Below are positions 1 through 15,179 of a stretch of DNA of 64,000 nucleotides, one piece after another (the first letter of the stretch is position 1; the number at the start of each line of letters is the position of its first letter). The DNA is from Eledone cirrhosa. Its lineage: Eukaryota. Under the pieces are notes generated by a model. The model had not been told where the DNA came from. It did no database searches and worked only from the letters and a program-made list of their open reading frames with translations. The stretch covers positions 80,538,001 through 80,602,000 of the forward strand of contig OZ024746.1 in the NCBI GenBank assembly GCA_964016885.1, read 5' to 3'. The position numbers and the translations under genes are program-made.

Positions 1-3000
1 AACTACTGTGACAGTAACATAGCTATATAGAACTACTGTGACAGTAACATAGCTATATAGAACTACTGTGACAGTAACATAGCTATATAGAACTACTGTG
101 ACAGTAACATAGCTATATAGAACTACTGTGACAGTTATATAGCTATGTAGAACTACTGTGACAGTGACACAGCTATATAGAACTACAGTGACAGTAACAT
201 AGCTATATAGAACTACTGTGACAGTAACATAGCTATATAGAACTACTGTGACAGTAACATGGCTATATAGAACTACTGTGACAGTAACAGCTATATAGAA
301 CTACTGTGACAGTAACAGCTATATAGAACTACTGTGACAGTAACATAACTATATAGAACTACTGCGACAGTAACATGGCTATATAGAACTACTGTGACAG
401 TAACAGCTATATAGAACTATTGTGACAGTGACATAGCTATATAGAACTACTGTGACAGTGACATAGCTATATAGAACTACTGTGACAGTGACATGGCTAT
501 ATAGAACTACTGTGACAGTAACACAGCTATATAGAACTACTGTGACAGTGACATGGCTATATAGAACTACTGTGACAGTAACAGCTATATAGAACTACTG
601 TGCCAGAGACACAGCTATATAGAACTACTGTGACAGTAACATAGCTATATAGAACTACTGTGACAGTAACATGGCTATATAGAACTACTGTGACAGTGAC
701 AACTATATAGAACTACTGTGACAGTAACACAGCTATATAGAACTACTGTGACAGTGACATGGCTATATAGAACTACTGTGACAGTAACACAGCTATATAG
801 AACTACTGTGACAGTGACAGCTATATAGAACTACTGTGACAGTAACACAGCTATATAGAACTACTGTGACAGTAACACAGCTATATAGAACTACTGTGAC
901 AGTGACACAGCTATATAGAACTACTGTGACAGTAACATAGCTATATAGAACTACTGTGACAGTAACAAGGCTATATAGAACTACTGTGACAGTAACAGCT
1001 ATATAGAACTACTGTGACAGTAACATAGCTATATAGAACTACTGTGACAGTAACATAGCTATATAGAACTACTGTGACAGTAACATAGCTATATAGAACT
1101 ACTGTGACAGTGACATAGCTATATAGAACTACTGTGACAGTAACATGGCTATATAGAACTACTGTGACAGTAACATAGCTATATAGAACTACTGTGACAG
1201 TAACATAGCTATATAGAACTACTGTGACAGTGACATGGCTATATAGAACTACTGTGACAGTGACACAGCTATATAGAACTACTGTGACAGTAACATAGCT
1301 ATATAGAACTACTGTGACAGTAACATAGCTATATAGAACTACTGTGACAGTAACATAGCTATATAGAACTACTGTGACAGTAACATAGCTATATAGAACT
1401 ACTGTGACAGTAACACAGCTATATAGAACTACTGTGACAGTAACACAGCTATATAGAACTACTGTGACAGTAACATGGCTATATAGAACTACTGTGACAG
1501 TAACACAGCTATATAGAACTACTGTGACAGTGACATGGCTATATAGAACTACTGTGACAGTAACACAGCTATATAGAACTACTGTGACAGTGACATGGCT
1601 ATATAGAACTACTGTGACAGTGACACAGCTATATAGAACTACTGTGACAGTAACATAGCTATATAGAATTACTGTGACAGTAACATAGCTATATAGAACT
1701 ACTGTGACAGTAACATAGCTATATAGAACTACTGTGACAGTAACACAGCTATATAGAACTACTGTGACAGTAACATGGCTATATAGAACTACTGTGACAG
1801 TAACACAGCTATATAGAACTACTGTGACAGTAACACAGCTATATAGAACTACTGTGACAGTAACATGGCTATATAGAACTACTGTGACAGTGACACAGCT
1901 ATATAGAACTACTGTGACAGTAACACAGCTATATAGAACTACTGTGACAGTAACATGGCTATATAGAACTACTGTGACAGTAACATGTCTATATAGAACT
2001 ATTGTGACAGTAACATAGCTATATAGAGCTACTGTGAAGAACATAGCTATATAGAACTACTCTGACAGGAACACAGCTATATAGAACTACTGTGACAGTA
2101 ACATGGCTATATAGAACTACTGTGACAGTAACACAGCTATATAGAACTACTGTGACAGTAACATAGCTATATAGAACTACTGTGACAGTAACATAGCTAT
2201 ATAGAACTACTGTGACAGTAACATAGCTATATAGAACTACTGTGACAGTAACATAGCTATATAGAACTACTGTGACAGTAACATAGCTATATAGAACTAC
2301 TGTGACAGTAACAAGGCTATATAGAACTACTGTGACAGTAACATAGCTATATAGAACTACTGTGACAGTAACATAGCTATATAGAACTACTTTGACAGTA
2401 ACATAGCTATATAGAACTACTGTGACAGTGACATAGCTATATAGAATTACTGTGACAGTAACATAGCTATATAGAACTACTGTGACAGTAACAGCTATAT
2501 AGAACTACTGTGCCAGAGACACAGCTATATAGAACTACTGTGACAGTAACATAGCTATATAGAACTACTGTGACAGTAACATGGCTATATAGAACTATTG
2601 TGACAGTAACATAGCTATATAGAACTACTGTGACAGTAACATGGCTATATAGAACTACTGTGACAGTAACACAGCTATATAGAACTACTGTGACAGTAAC
2701 ATGGCTATATAGAACTACTGTGACAGTAACATGGCTATATTGAACTATTGTGACAGTAACATAGCTATATAGAACTACTGTGACAGTAACAAGGCTATAT
2801 AGAACTACTGTGACAGTAACATAGCTATATAGAACTACTGTGACAGTAACATAGCTATATAGAACTACTGTGACAGTAACATAGCTATATAGAACTACTG
2901 TGACAGTAACATAGCTATATAGAACTACTGTGACAGTAACAAGGCTATATAGAACTACTGTGACAGTAACATAGCTATATAGAACTACTGTGACAGTAAC

Positions 3001-6000
3001 ATATCTATATAGAACTACTGTGACAGTAACATAGCTATATAGAACTACTGTGACAGTAACATAGCTATATAGAACTACTGTGACAGTGACATAGCTATAT
3101 AGAATTACTGTGACAGTAACATAGCTATATAGAACTACTGTGACAGTAACAGCTATATAGAACTACTGTGCCAGAGACACAGCTATATAGAACTACTGTG
3201 ACAGTAACATAGCTATATAGAACTATTGTGACAGTAACATAGCTATATAGAACTACTGTGACAGTAACATGGCTATATAGAACTACTGTGACAGTAACAC
3301 AGCTATATAGAACTACTGTGACAGTAACATGGCTATATAGAACTACTGTGACAGTAACATGGCTATATAGAACTATTGTGACAGTAACATAGCTATATAG
3401 AACTACTGTGAAGTAACATAGCTATATAGAACTACTGTGACAGGAACACAGCTATATAGAACTACTGTGACAGTAACATGGCTATATAGAACTACTGTGA
3501 CAGTAACATAGCTATATAGAACTACTGTGACAGTAACATAGCTATATAGAACTACTGTGACAGTAACAAGGCTATATAGAACTACTGTGACAGTAACATA
3601 GCTATATAGAACTACTGTGACAGTAACATAGCTATATAGAACTACTGTGACAGTAACAGCTATATAGAACTACTGTGACAGTAACAGCTATATAGAACTA
3701 CTGTGACAGTGACATAGCTATATAGAACTACTGTGACAGTAACATGGCTATATAGAACTACTGTGACAGTAACATAGCTATATAGAACTACTGTGACAGT
3801 GACATGGCTATATAGAACTACTGTGACAGTGACACAGCTATATAGAACTACTGTGACAGTAACATAGCTATATAGAACTACTGTGACAGTAACATAGCTA
3901 TATAGAACTACTGTGACAGTAACATAGCTATATAGAACTACTGTGACAGTAACACAGCTATATAGAACTACTGTGACAGTGACATAGCTATATAGAACTA
4001 CTGTGACAGTGACACAGCTATATAGAACTACTGTGACAGTAACATGGCTATATAGAACTACTGTGACAGTAACACAGCTATATAGAACTACTGTGACAGT
4101 AACACAGCTATATAGAACTACTGTGACAGTAACATGGCTATATAGAACTACTGTGACAGTAACACAGCTATATAGAACTACTGTGACAGTGACATGGCTA
4201 TATAGAACTACTGTGACAGTAACACAGCTATATAGAACTACTGTGACAGTGACATGGCTATATAGAACTACTGTGACAGTGACACAGCTATATAGAACTA
4301 CTGTGACAGTAACATAGCTATATAGAACTACTGTGACAGTAACACAGCTATATAGAACTACTGTGACAGTAACATGGCTATATAGAACTACTGTGACAGT
4401 AACACAGCTATATAGAACTACTGTGACAGTAACACAGCTATATAGAACTACTGTGACAGTAATATGGCTATATAGAACTACTGTGACAGTGACACAGCTA
4501 TATAGAACTACTGTGACAGTAACACAGCTATATAGAACTACTGTGACAGTAACATGGCTATATAGAACTACTGTGACAGTAACATGGCTATATAGAACTA
4601 TTGTGACAGTAACATAGCTATATAGAACTACTGTGAAGTAACATAGCTATATAGAACTACCGTGACAGGAACACAGCTATATAGAACTACTGTGACAGTA
4701 ACATGGCTATATAGAACTACTGTGACAGTAACACAGCTATATAGAACTACTGTGACAGTAACACAGCTATATAGAACTACTGTGACAGTAACATAGCTAT
4801 ATAGAACTACTGTGACAGTAACATAGCTATATAGAACTATTGTGACAGTGACATAGCTATATAGAACTACTGTGACAGTAACATAGCTATATAGAACTAC
4901 TGTGACAGTAACATAGCTATATAGAACTACTGTGACAGTAACATAGCTATATAGAACTACTGTGACAGTAACATAGCTATATAGAACTACTGTGACAGTA
5001 ACATAGCTATATAGAACCACTGTGACAGTAACATAGCTATATAGAACTACTGTGACAGTAACATAGCTATATAGAACTACTGTGACAGTAACAAGGCTAT
5101 ATAGAACTACTGTGACAGTAACACAGCTATATAGAACTACTGTGACAGTAACACAGCTATATAGAACTACTGTGACAGTAACATAGCTATATAGAACTAC
5201 TGTGACAGTAACATAGCTATATAGAACTATTGTGACAGTGACATAGCTATATAGAACTACTGTGACAGTAACATAGCTATATAGAACTACTGTGACAGTG
5301 ACACAGCTATATAGAACTATTGTGACAGTAACATAGCTATATAGAACTACTGTGACAGTAACACATCTATATAGAACTACTGTGACAGTGACAGCTATAT
5401 AGAACTACTGTGACAGTAACACAGCTATATAGAACTACTGTGACAGTAACATAGCTATATAGAACTACTGTGACAGTAACATAGCTATATAGAACTACTG
5501 TGACAGTAACATAGCTATATAGAACTACTGTGACAGTAACATAGCTATATAGAACTACTGTGACAGTAACAGCTATATAGAACTACTGTGACAGTAACAC
5601 AGCTATATAGAACTACTGTGACAGTAACACAGCTATATAGAACTACTGTGACAGTGACATGGCTATATAGAACTACTGTGACAGTAACACAGCTATATAG
5701 AACTACTGTGACAGTGACAGCTATATAGAACTACTGTGACAGTAACACAGCTATATAGAACTACTGTGACAGTGACAGCTATATAGAACTACTGTGACAG
5801 TGACATAGCTATATAGAACTACTGTGACAGTAACATAGCTATATAGAACTACTTTGACAGTAACACAGCTATATAGAACTACTGTGACAGTAACACAGCT
5901 ATATAGAACTACTGTGACAGTGACAGCTATATAGAACTACTGTGACAGTAACATAGCTATATAGAACTACTGTGACAGTAACATAGCTATATAGAACTAC

Positions 6001-6730
6001 TTTGACAGTAACACAGCTATATAGAACTACTGTGACAGTAACACAGCTATATAGAACTACTGTGACAGTGACAGCTATATAGAACTACTGTGACAGTAAC
6101 ATAGCTATATAGAACTACTGTGACAGTAACATAGCTATATAGAACTACTGTGACAGTAACATAGCTATATAGAACTACTGTGACAGTAACACAGCTATAT
6201 AGAACTACTGTGACAGTAACACAGCTATATAGAACTACTGTGACAGTGACAGCTATATAGAACTACTGTGACAGTAACATAGCTATATAGAACTACTGTG
6301 ACAGTAACATAGCTATATAGAACTACTGTGACAGTAACATAGCTATATAGAACTACTGTGACAGTAACATAGCTATATAGAACTACTGTGACAGTAACAC
6401 AGCTATATAGAACTACTGTGACAGTGACAGCTATATAGAACTACTGTGACAGTAACATAGCTATATAGAACTACTGTGACAGTAACATAGCTATATAGAA
6501 CTACTGTGACAGTAACAGCTATATAGAACTACTGTGACAGTAACACAGCTATATAGAACTACTGTGACAGTAACACAGCTATATAGAACTACTGTGACAG
6601 TAACATAGCTATATAGAACTACTGTGACAGTAACAGCTATATAGAACTACTGTGACAGTAACACAGCTATATAGAACTACTGTGACAGTGACAGCTATAT
6701 AGAACTACTGTATCAGTGACACAGCTATAC
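1..6730. repeat. 30-bp tandem satellite, consensus AACTACTGTGACAGTAACATAGCTATATAG (~220 copies, continues beyond window start)
   Basis: Directly visible tandem array with recurrent variants (CAT/CAC, AGC/GGC, GTA/GTG) and 28-bp deletion variants. Confidence 0.98.
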
Positions 6731-7099
6731 GCATACACACACACATACACACACACATATATACATACACACACACACACACACACACACAACTATGCAG
6801 ATATCAGAAGACTATTGATAGTTGCACACGTCACACACACTGACATAGCAACATGCACATACCAACACCGTGGCAGCCACATATATACACACACACACAC
6901 ATATATATATACACACATGCACACACACAAACAGTTAGGCAGATACGTCAGAAAGAGAGACAGTTCAATATAGTGACGTAGACACAGTTTTACATATAGA
7001 ATATCTAGACACAGTCACACAGTGGCGTCTACCACATAGTGATAGCTACACACTTACACTAACACACATACTATGACAGCTACATACATACACACTACC

Positions 7100-8100
7100 T
7101 CGCATACATTACCACACACTTAGTGACAGCCACACACACACACTACCACACATAGTGGCAGCCACACACACACACTACCACACATAGTGGCAGCCACACA
7201 CACTACTACACATAGTGACAGCCACACACACACACTACCACACATAGTGGCAGCCACACACACTACTACACATAGTGACAGCCACACACACACACACACT
7301 ACCACACATAGTGACAGCCACACACACACACTACCACACATAGTGACAGCCACACACACACTACCACACATAGTGACAGCCACACACACACACTACTACA
7401 CATAGTGACAGCCACACACACACACACACTACCACACATAGTGACAGCCACACACACTACCACACATAGTGACAGCCACACACACTACCACACATAGTGA
7501 CAGCCACACACACTACCACACATAGTGACAGCCACACACACACACTACCACACATAGTGACAGCCACACACACAAACATACATAGTGACAGCCACACACA
7601 CACTACCACACAAAGTGACAGCCACACACACACTACCACACATAGTGACAGCCACACACACACTACCACACAAAGTGACAGCCACACACACTACCACACA
7701 TAGTGACAGCCACACACACTACCACACATAGTGACAGCCACACACACTACCACACATAGTGACAGCCACACACACACACTACCACACATAGTGACAGCCA
7801 CACACACAAACACACATAGTGACAGCCACACACACACTACCACACATAGTGACAGCCACACACACACTACCACACACATAGTGACAGCCACACATACTAC
7901 CACACACAGTGACAGCCACACACACTACCACACATAGTGACAGCCACACACACACACTACCACACATAGTGACAGCCACACACACTACCACACATAGTGA
8001 CAGCCACACACACACACACTACCACACATAGTGACAGCCACACACATAGTGACAGCCACACACACTATCACACATTCACTACCTCACACACAGTGACAGC
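7100..8100. repeat. Minisatellite TAGTGACAGC(CA)nCTACCACACA, ~26-36 bp variable unit
   Basis: Tandem units with a variable CA tract; shares the GTGACAG core with the 30-bp satellite. Confidence 0.93.
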
Positions 8101-8318
8101 CACATACACACTACCATACACACTGACAGCGACACACACTACCACACACACACAGTGGCAGCTACACATACACACATTACAACACACAATGACAGCCATA
8201 TACACACACATACTACCACACATACAGTGGCAGCTACACGCATTACAACACACCGACACACACACACACACTACCATACAGTGGCAGCTACACACACACA
8301 TTACAATGACACACACAC

Positions 8319-8350
<32 letters not shown>

Positions 8351-8463
8351 TACCATACAGTGGCAGTGACACACACACACACACACACTACCATACAGTG
8401 GCAGCTACACACACACACACACACACACACTACCATGCAGTGGCAGCTACACACACACATTAC

Positions 8464-8498
<35 letters not shown>

Positions 8499-8800
8499 CC
8501 ATACAGTGGCAGCTACACACACGCATTACAACAAACACACACACACACACACACACACACTACAATACAGTGACAGCTACATGCACACATTAGTATATAA
8601 TCACATAGTTATTAATACATACACACACACAGAGAATAAAATAGCTACTCATACACACATACATACGCACACATAGTAACAGTTACTCACACATACAGTG
8701 TAATACACATACATACACTCAGTGTAACATGCTTTCGCATACATATGCACACACACATAGTGTAACATAACACACATATACTACACATTAACACAGCTAC

Positions 8801-8835
<35 letters not shown>

Positions 8836-10620
8836 GTAACAGCTACATACACACACAGTAACATATCTACTGATACACACATACATACATACATACATAC
8901 ACACATGATAACAGAGTTACTGATATATACAGTGTAACATAGCGACTCATACACATACATACATACATACACATGGTAACAGAGCTACTCATATATATAT
9001 ATATAGTGTAACATAGCGACTTATACACATACATACATACACACACATGGTAACAGAGCTACTCATATATATATATATAGTGTAACATAGCAATTTATAC
9101 ACATACATACATACATACACACACATGGTAACAGAGCTACTCATATATACAGTGTAACATAGCGACTCATACACATACATACACACAGATGATAAGAGCT
9201 ACTCATATATATATAGTGTAACATAGCGACTTATACACATACATACACACACATGGTAACAGAGCTACTGATACATACAGTGTAACATAGCTACTTATAC
9301 ACATACACACACACACACGCTCAGTGTAACATAGCTACTGATACATACACATACATGGTAACAGAGCTACTGATACATACAGTGTAACATAGCTACTTAT
9401 ACACATACATACACACACTCAGTGTAACACAGATACTTGCTCATACATATGCACACACAGTAACGTAGCTACTAATACACACACACATGTACACAGTCAC
9501 ATAGCCACTCATACATACACACACACCCATACAACCAGAGTACTACATCTACCACACACAACCAGAGTACTACAATCACACACACAACCAGAGTACTATA
9601 ACCACACACACACACACTCAAACAACCAGAATACTACAACCACACACACACACACACACACAACCAGAATACTACAACCACACACACACACAACCAGAGT
9701 ACTACAACCACACACACACACACACACACACACAACCAGAGTATTATAATCACACACACAATCATACAAGTACAGTATTATACTTAGACATAACCACAAC
9801 TCTACAAACACATACACAATACTTGCATCTCACACACACACACATCATTATTACACTGACACACACACACCTATAACATTACTACAACCACACACTACAG
9901 CATTACTGCTATGACACACTCTCACACACACATTACATCACTCAGATACGGGCCTTATTGCTCGACCTACTAGAAATAGCAGGCAAATTCCCTCAAATTA
10001 CACCGTATTGTCTAACAAAATAACACGTTGTATAATGTAGTTTCTGAAATAGGACGTGATGGCCATATATAGATTGTCTAGGGAGTAAACTGTAACTGCC
10101 ACTACAGTCTGTTGTAACACTCAGTGTTACAAAAGTAGAATTATAGCGATACATATAACCACACACACACCACACACAATCACATAGGTACTATATATAT
10201 ATATACACACACACAACACAAATCTACAACGCTACACATACACACAAACCTAAACGCTATACACACACCACACAGCTGCATATATTCATACATACAACAC
10301 AGCTACAACGCTGCACACACACACCACACAGCTACAACACTATACAGCGTTACGACACACACACACATCATACAGCTACAACGCTACAAACACCATACAG
10401 CTCAAACGTTATACACACACACACATCATACAGCTACAACGCTACAAACACCATACAGCTCAAACGTTATACACACACACACCGCAGCTACAACGCCACA
10501 CACCATACCACAGCATCACACACACCATACCACAACATCACACACACTATACCACAGCATCACACACACTATACCACACAGCTACAACGCTACACACACA
10601 ACCACCACGTTACACACACG
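8100..10620. repeat. Series of degenerate CA-rich minisatellites (CAGTGGCAGCTA; GTGTAACATAGC/GGTAACAGAGCTACT; CAACCAGAGTACTA; CAGCTACAACGCTA cores)
   Basis: Successive blocks of short cores separated by (CA)n/(CATA)n tracts. Confidence 0.85.
9955..10090 (+). mobile_element. Fragment of a dispersed repeat family (CTCGACCTACTAGAAATAGCAG core); related pieces at ~10880-10960, ~11050-11100, ~11340-11420 and on the minus strand at ~38380-38430, ~45925-45950
   Basis: Same motif recurs in both orientations within the window; family not identified. Confidence 0.6.
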
Positions 10621-10693
10621 CACAATGAACCACATTATAGTGAGTGAAAGATTCCCACATCCACGGCACCATTCACATAGTCCCCTCAACAAT

Positions 10694-10726
<33 letters not shown>

Positions 10727-11267
10727 GCTATACGCACTGAGTCACAGCACCACATAACACATACAGCCATAACGCTACACATATACACAGGGCTACATAC
10801 AGGGCTAGATACACACACACTACATTCAAACAATGCTATTAGATAACAGTGCCTAGATTACAATGCTTGAAGAAATAAAAAAGCAGCATCGGATGGTCAT
10901 GGCTGGAATATCTTTGATCTGAGAGATCTGCTCGAAGAGAATTGACCTAGGGCTAAACAACTACATAGTATATAGAGAGAGCCGACAGCATTGGCACTCT
11001 TTCCCTATCACACATAATCACAGCACTATTCAACAATGAACCTTTTACGTGGTTAACCGACCTGCTAGAAACAGCAGACAGATTTCCTCATATCACATCC
11101 ACACTCTGTTGTGTCTCTCTCTAGATCATGAACACACACACACACACACACACACATATATGTTCATGAATGCTTATACTCTCTTTGTTAATAGCATCTT
11201 AATTGCTTAACTTAGTTTTTTCTTGCAATTTTTATTTAATTCCTTATACACACACACACACACACAC

Positions 11268-11343
<76 letters not shown>

Positions 11344-11444
11344 TTGGTTGGTCACAGCTGAAACAACTTTGATCATAAGTCTGTCCAATGGAGACTGACC
11401 TGGGGTTAAACAAGACCAACATCTCACGCATTCAACCACAACAC

Positions 11445-11479
<35 letters not shown>

Positions 11480-12544
11480 GAGCTTGTAGATGAATAGACG
11501 GACACACAGACACAGAGCAGCTATTACTAAACTCACACATCAAACCAATAAACTAGTACATACATGTATTAATGTGATAGCAGTTACGTGTATATATATA
11601 TGTGTGTATATATGTATATATATATAATATATACACACACACACACACACACACAGCTATGTATGTATGACTTTATGTATATGTACATATAGATAAAAGG
11701 AGGGTATATATCTGTAAATGCATTTAATATATATATGTACTGTGTGTGTATTTGTATATGTTACTTTATGTATACATATGTACATGTAAATAACGTTTAT
11801 GTATGCGTGTGTATATAACACTATACGTTCTAGTATGTATATTTGTGTGTGTATTGTATGCGTTACTTTATGTATACATATCTAGGTATAGATAAATGTT
11901 TGCATGTATATATACTTATCCATGTACTACGTGTGTGTGTGTGTATATATATATATGTATATATGTGTGTGTGTATAGCCGCTAAAGTCTACAGAAACAG
12001 ACGCACTCAGTCATGCTCGCATACAGACGGAGAATGATGAGGTGAGAGGGAAAGGGTGGTGATGGTAGCAGTAGCGGTGGTGTCCGATAGAGAGGGAGGG
12101 AGGGAGGGAAGTAAACAGCGAGTGGAGAAAAGGAGGGAGGGATAGGAAGAGATGTCGAGGAGGAGTGGTGGGGGAGAGATTGCAAATAAAATCGTTGAAC
12201 AAGCAAGGCGAAACGAAACACATACACACCTATATATATATATATATATATATACATACATACATACACACACACACATATATATATATACACATGTATA
12301 TCATGTTGATATGTAGAGCTTATGTATGTACATGTATACACATAGGCATATATATATTTATATATATATATACATATATGTGAGTGTGTATGAGTGTATG
12401 TTTATTGCTATAAGTACACACACATATATATATATATATATATGTATGTATATATGTGTTTGTGTGTACACATTAAAAGCTGTGGTAGATTATGTAGTCA
12501 GGAAGGTGGTGGAGACGACGACGATGATGTTTAAACAGTTGTAG

Positions 12545-12720
12545 TTATGAGCCGAAGACGAAAAGCAAAAGGAAAACCGAAAACCGCGCCCACTCATCGT
12601 TGATGGCTGAGTCTGCCTACTTCACTCCTTGTCAGTGTTCAAAAAAGCACGTGCATTTGATTGACAGCTACAGCGCCAACCAATCAGCGATGGGGAATTC
12701 ATTTCACAGGCGGCCAGAAC
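12545..12720. promoter_or_regulatory. CpG-rich distal regulatory cassette: GCACGTGC E-box (12647-12654), TGATTGACAG PBX-MEIS/PREP site (12658-12667), CCAAT box (12680-12684)
   Basis: Island of complex CpG-containing sequence amid microsatellites, with exact consensus matches; the same motif set recurs at 15.2-15.4 kb. Confidence 0.6.
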
Positions 12721-13212
12721 AAGGGAGAGAGAGAAAGAGAAAAAGAGTAAGAGATAAAAGCGATAGAGAAAGTAATAGTTAAGTGTGAGAGAGAGAGAGA
12801 GAAAGAGAGCGAACGAAATGGAAAGAGTAAACATGCTCCATTTGAAAAGCTGTAAATAGTTGCCAGTGCTGTCTTAACAGTGAGAGAGATAGATCGTAAG
12901 AGCTATAGAGAGAGATAGGTAGAGTGTGTAAACTAAAGAGATAGGATGATAGTTATAGAGTGAGTAAGGTGAGAGATAGAGAGAAATAGCTAGAGATAGT
13001 AAAGAAAGCACTTCCCTTCCCTCACAACATCTCGAGATGCCGTAGAAATTTGACACTGAAGTATGGATGCCTCTGGAAAATATAAGAACTTTAATTACCT
13101 TTTTGAAGCCGGACTGTGTATATGTATATATATTATATATGTATGTATATATATATGTATATATGTATGTAGAGATTGAGTGGCGGCGAATGAGTGATGG
13201 TGAATATATGTG

Positions 13213-13243
<31 letters not shown>

Positions 13244-13834
13244 TTGAATTGAAAGATAAAGGGAGCGCACACACACATATATAGCCATATATATATTATA
13301 TAGGTGTCTATGTACGTATATACAGATTGGTTGAGGGGGTGGGAGAAAGGAAGAGATTATAAGGTTGGAGTGAGAAGCTAACTGTAATGAAAATGCTTGT
13401 GTATATATGTGTGTGTGTGTTTAAGGGAGAGCAAGTAGGAGAGAGGGGGCATAGATTTTATTTTTATTTAGAGGACAGTTCTTGGTTCTCGGAGTAGCTT
13501 TTTTGGATCATGTTTGAAGAGTAAAGAGAAAAGGACCCGCCCTAGCAAATTTCTGTGTGTGTAGCATGTGTATATTTGTCAAATTCATCGATATATACAT
13601 ATATATGTATACACATGTGTATGTATAGTCGTATATATGTGTGTGTGTGTGTTCATGTCTACACGCCAAGGCAAATGTGTTGTATACATGTAGTAAAGTA
13701 GGCATCCCCATCAGCCAACCACTCTTATGTCTATATATTTCCCACACTCTCTTAAATACACATCGAACAACAACCCACATAGCAATCGGAGAATAAGAAA
13801 GCTATTATACACACACACATGGCTATACAAACAC

Positions 13835-13866
<32 letters not shown>

Positions 13867-14076
13867 GGTCATGTGTATATAGATTATAATTTAAATGAAA
13901 TAAAATACATTTTTTTTCTTTTATTCCCGTGTTTTTCTCCATTTATATATATATTTTGTTTTATTCAGATTTTTTCTTTTTCTTTAAAAGTCTTCAACCG
14001 TTTTATTTTTATTTCTATTTGTTTATATTTATTTACATATTCATTTAGATTTTTAATTTTATCTTTATTTTTTTTA

Positions 14077-14124
<48 letters not shown>

Positions 14125-15179
14125 CTGTCTCCATTCTTCACCTTTTGTATAATTAAATAATTTCTGCGTTAAAGGAAATACGCTTGGCTGTATAACATGT
14201 AGGAGAGAATATATATATATATATATACATATATACATACAGCGATATGTGTGTATAATAGAGAGGGAGAGAGATGTATGTTTGTGTGTATGTGAATAGT
14301 AAACACTTACACACACATAATCGGTGAAGTACTCACTCATCTATGTATGTATGTGCGTGTGTAATTATATAAATATATATATCTATGTGTGTATGTGTGT
14401 GTGTGTGTATGTCAATACACATAACAGACCATTCCCAGCCAATCTGCCATAGACAGCTTCGTATTAAATCTGTGAAAGTATGTGATCGTTTGTCTATTTA
14501 TATGTATGTATGTGTACATATGTATGAATGTGTGTGTCCTTTTCTACAATCTATTTACATGTGTGTGTATATATATATATATCTGTGTGAGAGAAACTAT
14601 GTGTGTATGTAGGCACGGAAATGAGTTAGCTCCAATAACTCTCTCTCTATGTATGTCTTTATCAACTTTTCTCTCTCTCTCTGTCTTTTGTTCTGTTCGG
14701 TTTGCTTTCTTTCTCTCTGTGTAAAATCTCTCTCTTTTTCTCCCTGTGTAAATCTCTTTTTTCTCTCTTAGTAAATCTCCCTTCCTTCGTATATACAGTA
14801 CTACATCTCTCTCTCCATGTGTGTATGTATATATACTTGTCTCTGTTTGTGTATGTCGCTGTAACAGTTTCCTAAGTACGGTAGCACTGTAATAGCCAAA
14901 GCGGTGCAAAAGAAAGAAAACCTACTTCCCTACCTTTCTCTCTCTCTTTCCCTCCCTTCCTACCTTGTTATTCCTTGGCTCTCTTCCTTTCTCCACCTCC
15001 TTTTTACAATATCATTACTAGACTCTTCTCTTACTGTGGTGAATGGGAGGAAGGTGTGGTTATGCTTGCTTAGTCACCCCTACCTTCCTCTATATTTATC
15101 TATCTATTTACTGTTTCTCCCTTCCTTTCATTTTGCTCCCTCTCTGTTCCTTTTCATCGTTCCGCCTTTCCTCCCTTCC

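Noticed and set aside
971-5020. Long ORFs of VTVTVVLYS / TVTQLYRT repeats (up to 357 aa)
   Set aside because: They are readings of the 30-bp satellite, interrupted at random by 28-bp variants, with no gene structure.
1-6730. CRISPR-like array (30-bp palindromic repeats)
   Set aside because: Units are directly adjacent with no unique spacers; no cas genes; eukaryotic context.
6716-14909. His/Thr-, Cys/Val- and Tyr/Ile-rich ORFs here and throughout the window
   Set aside because: Translations of (CA)n, (TG)n and (TA)n microsatellites.
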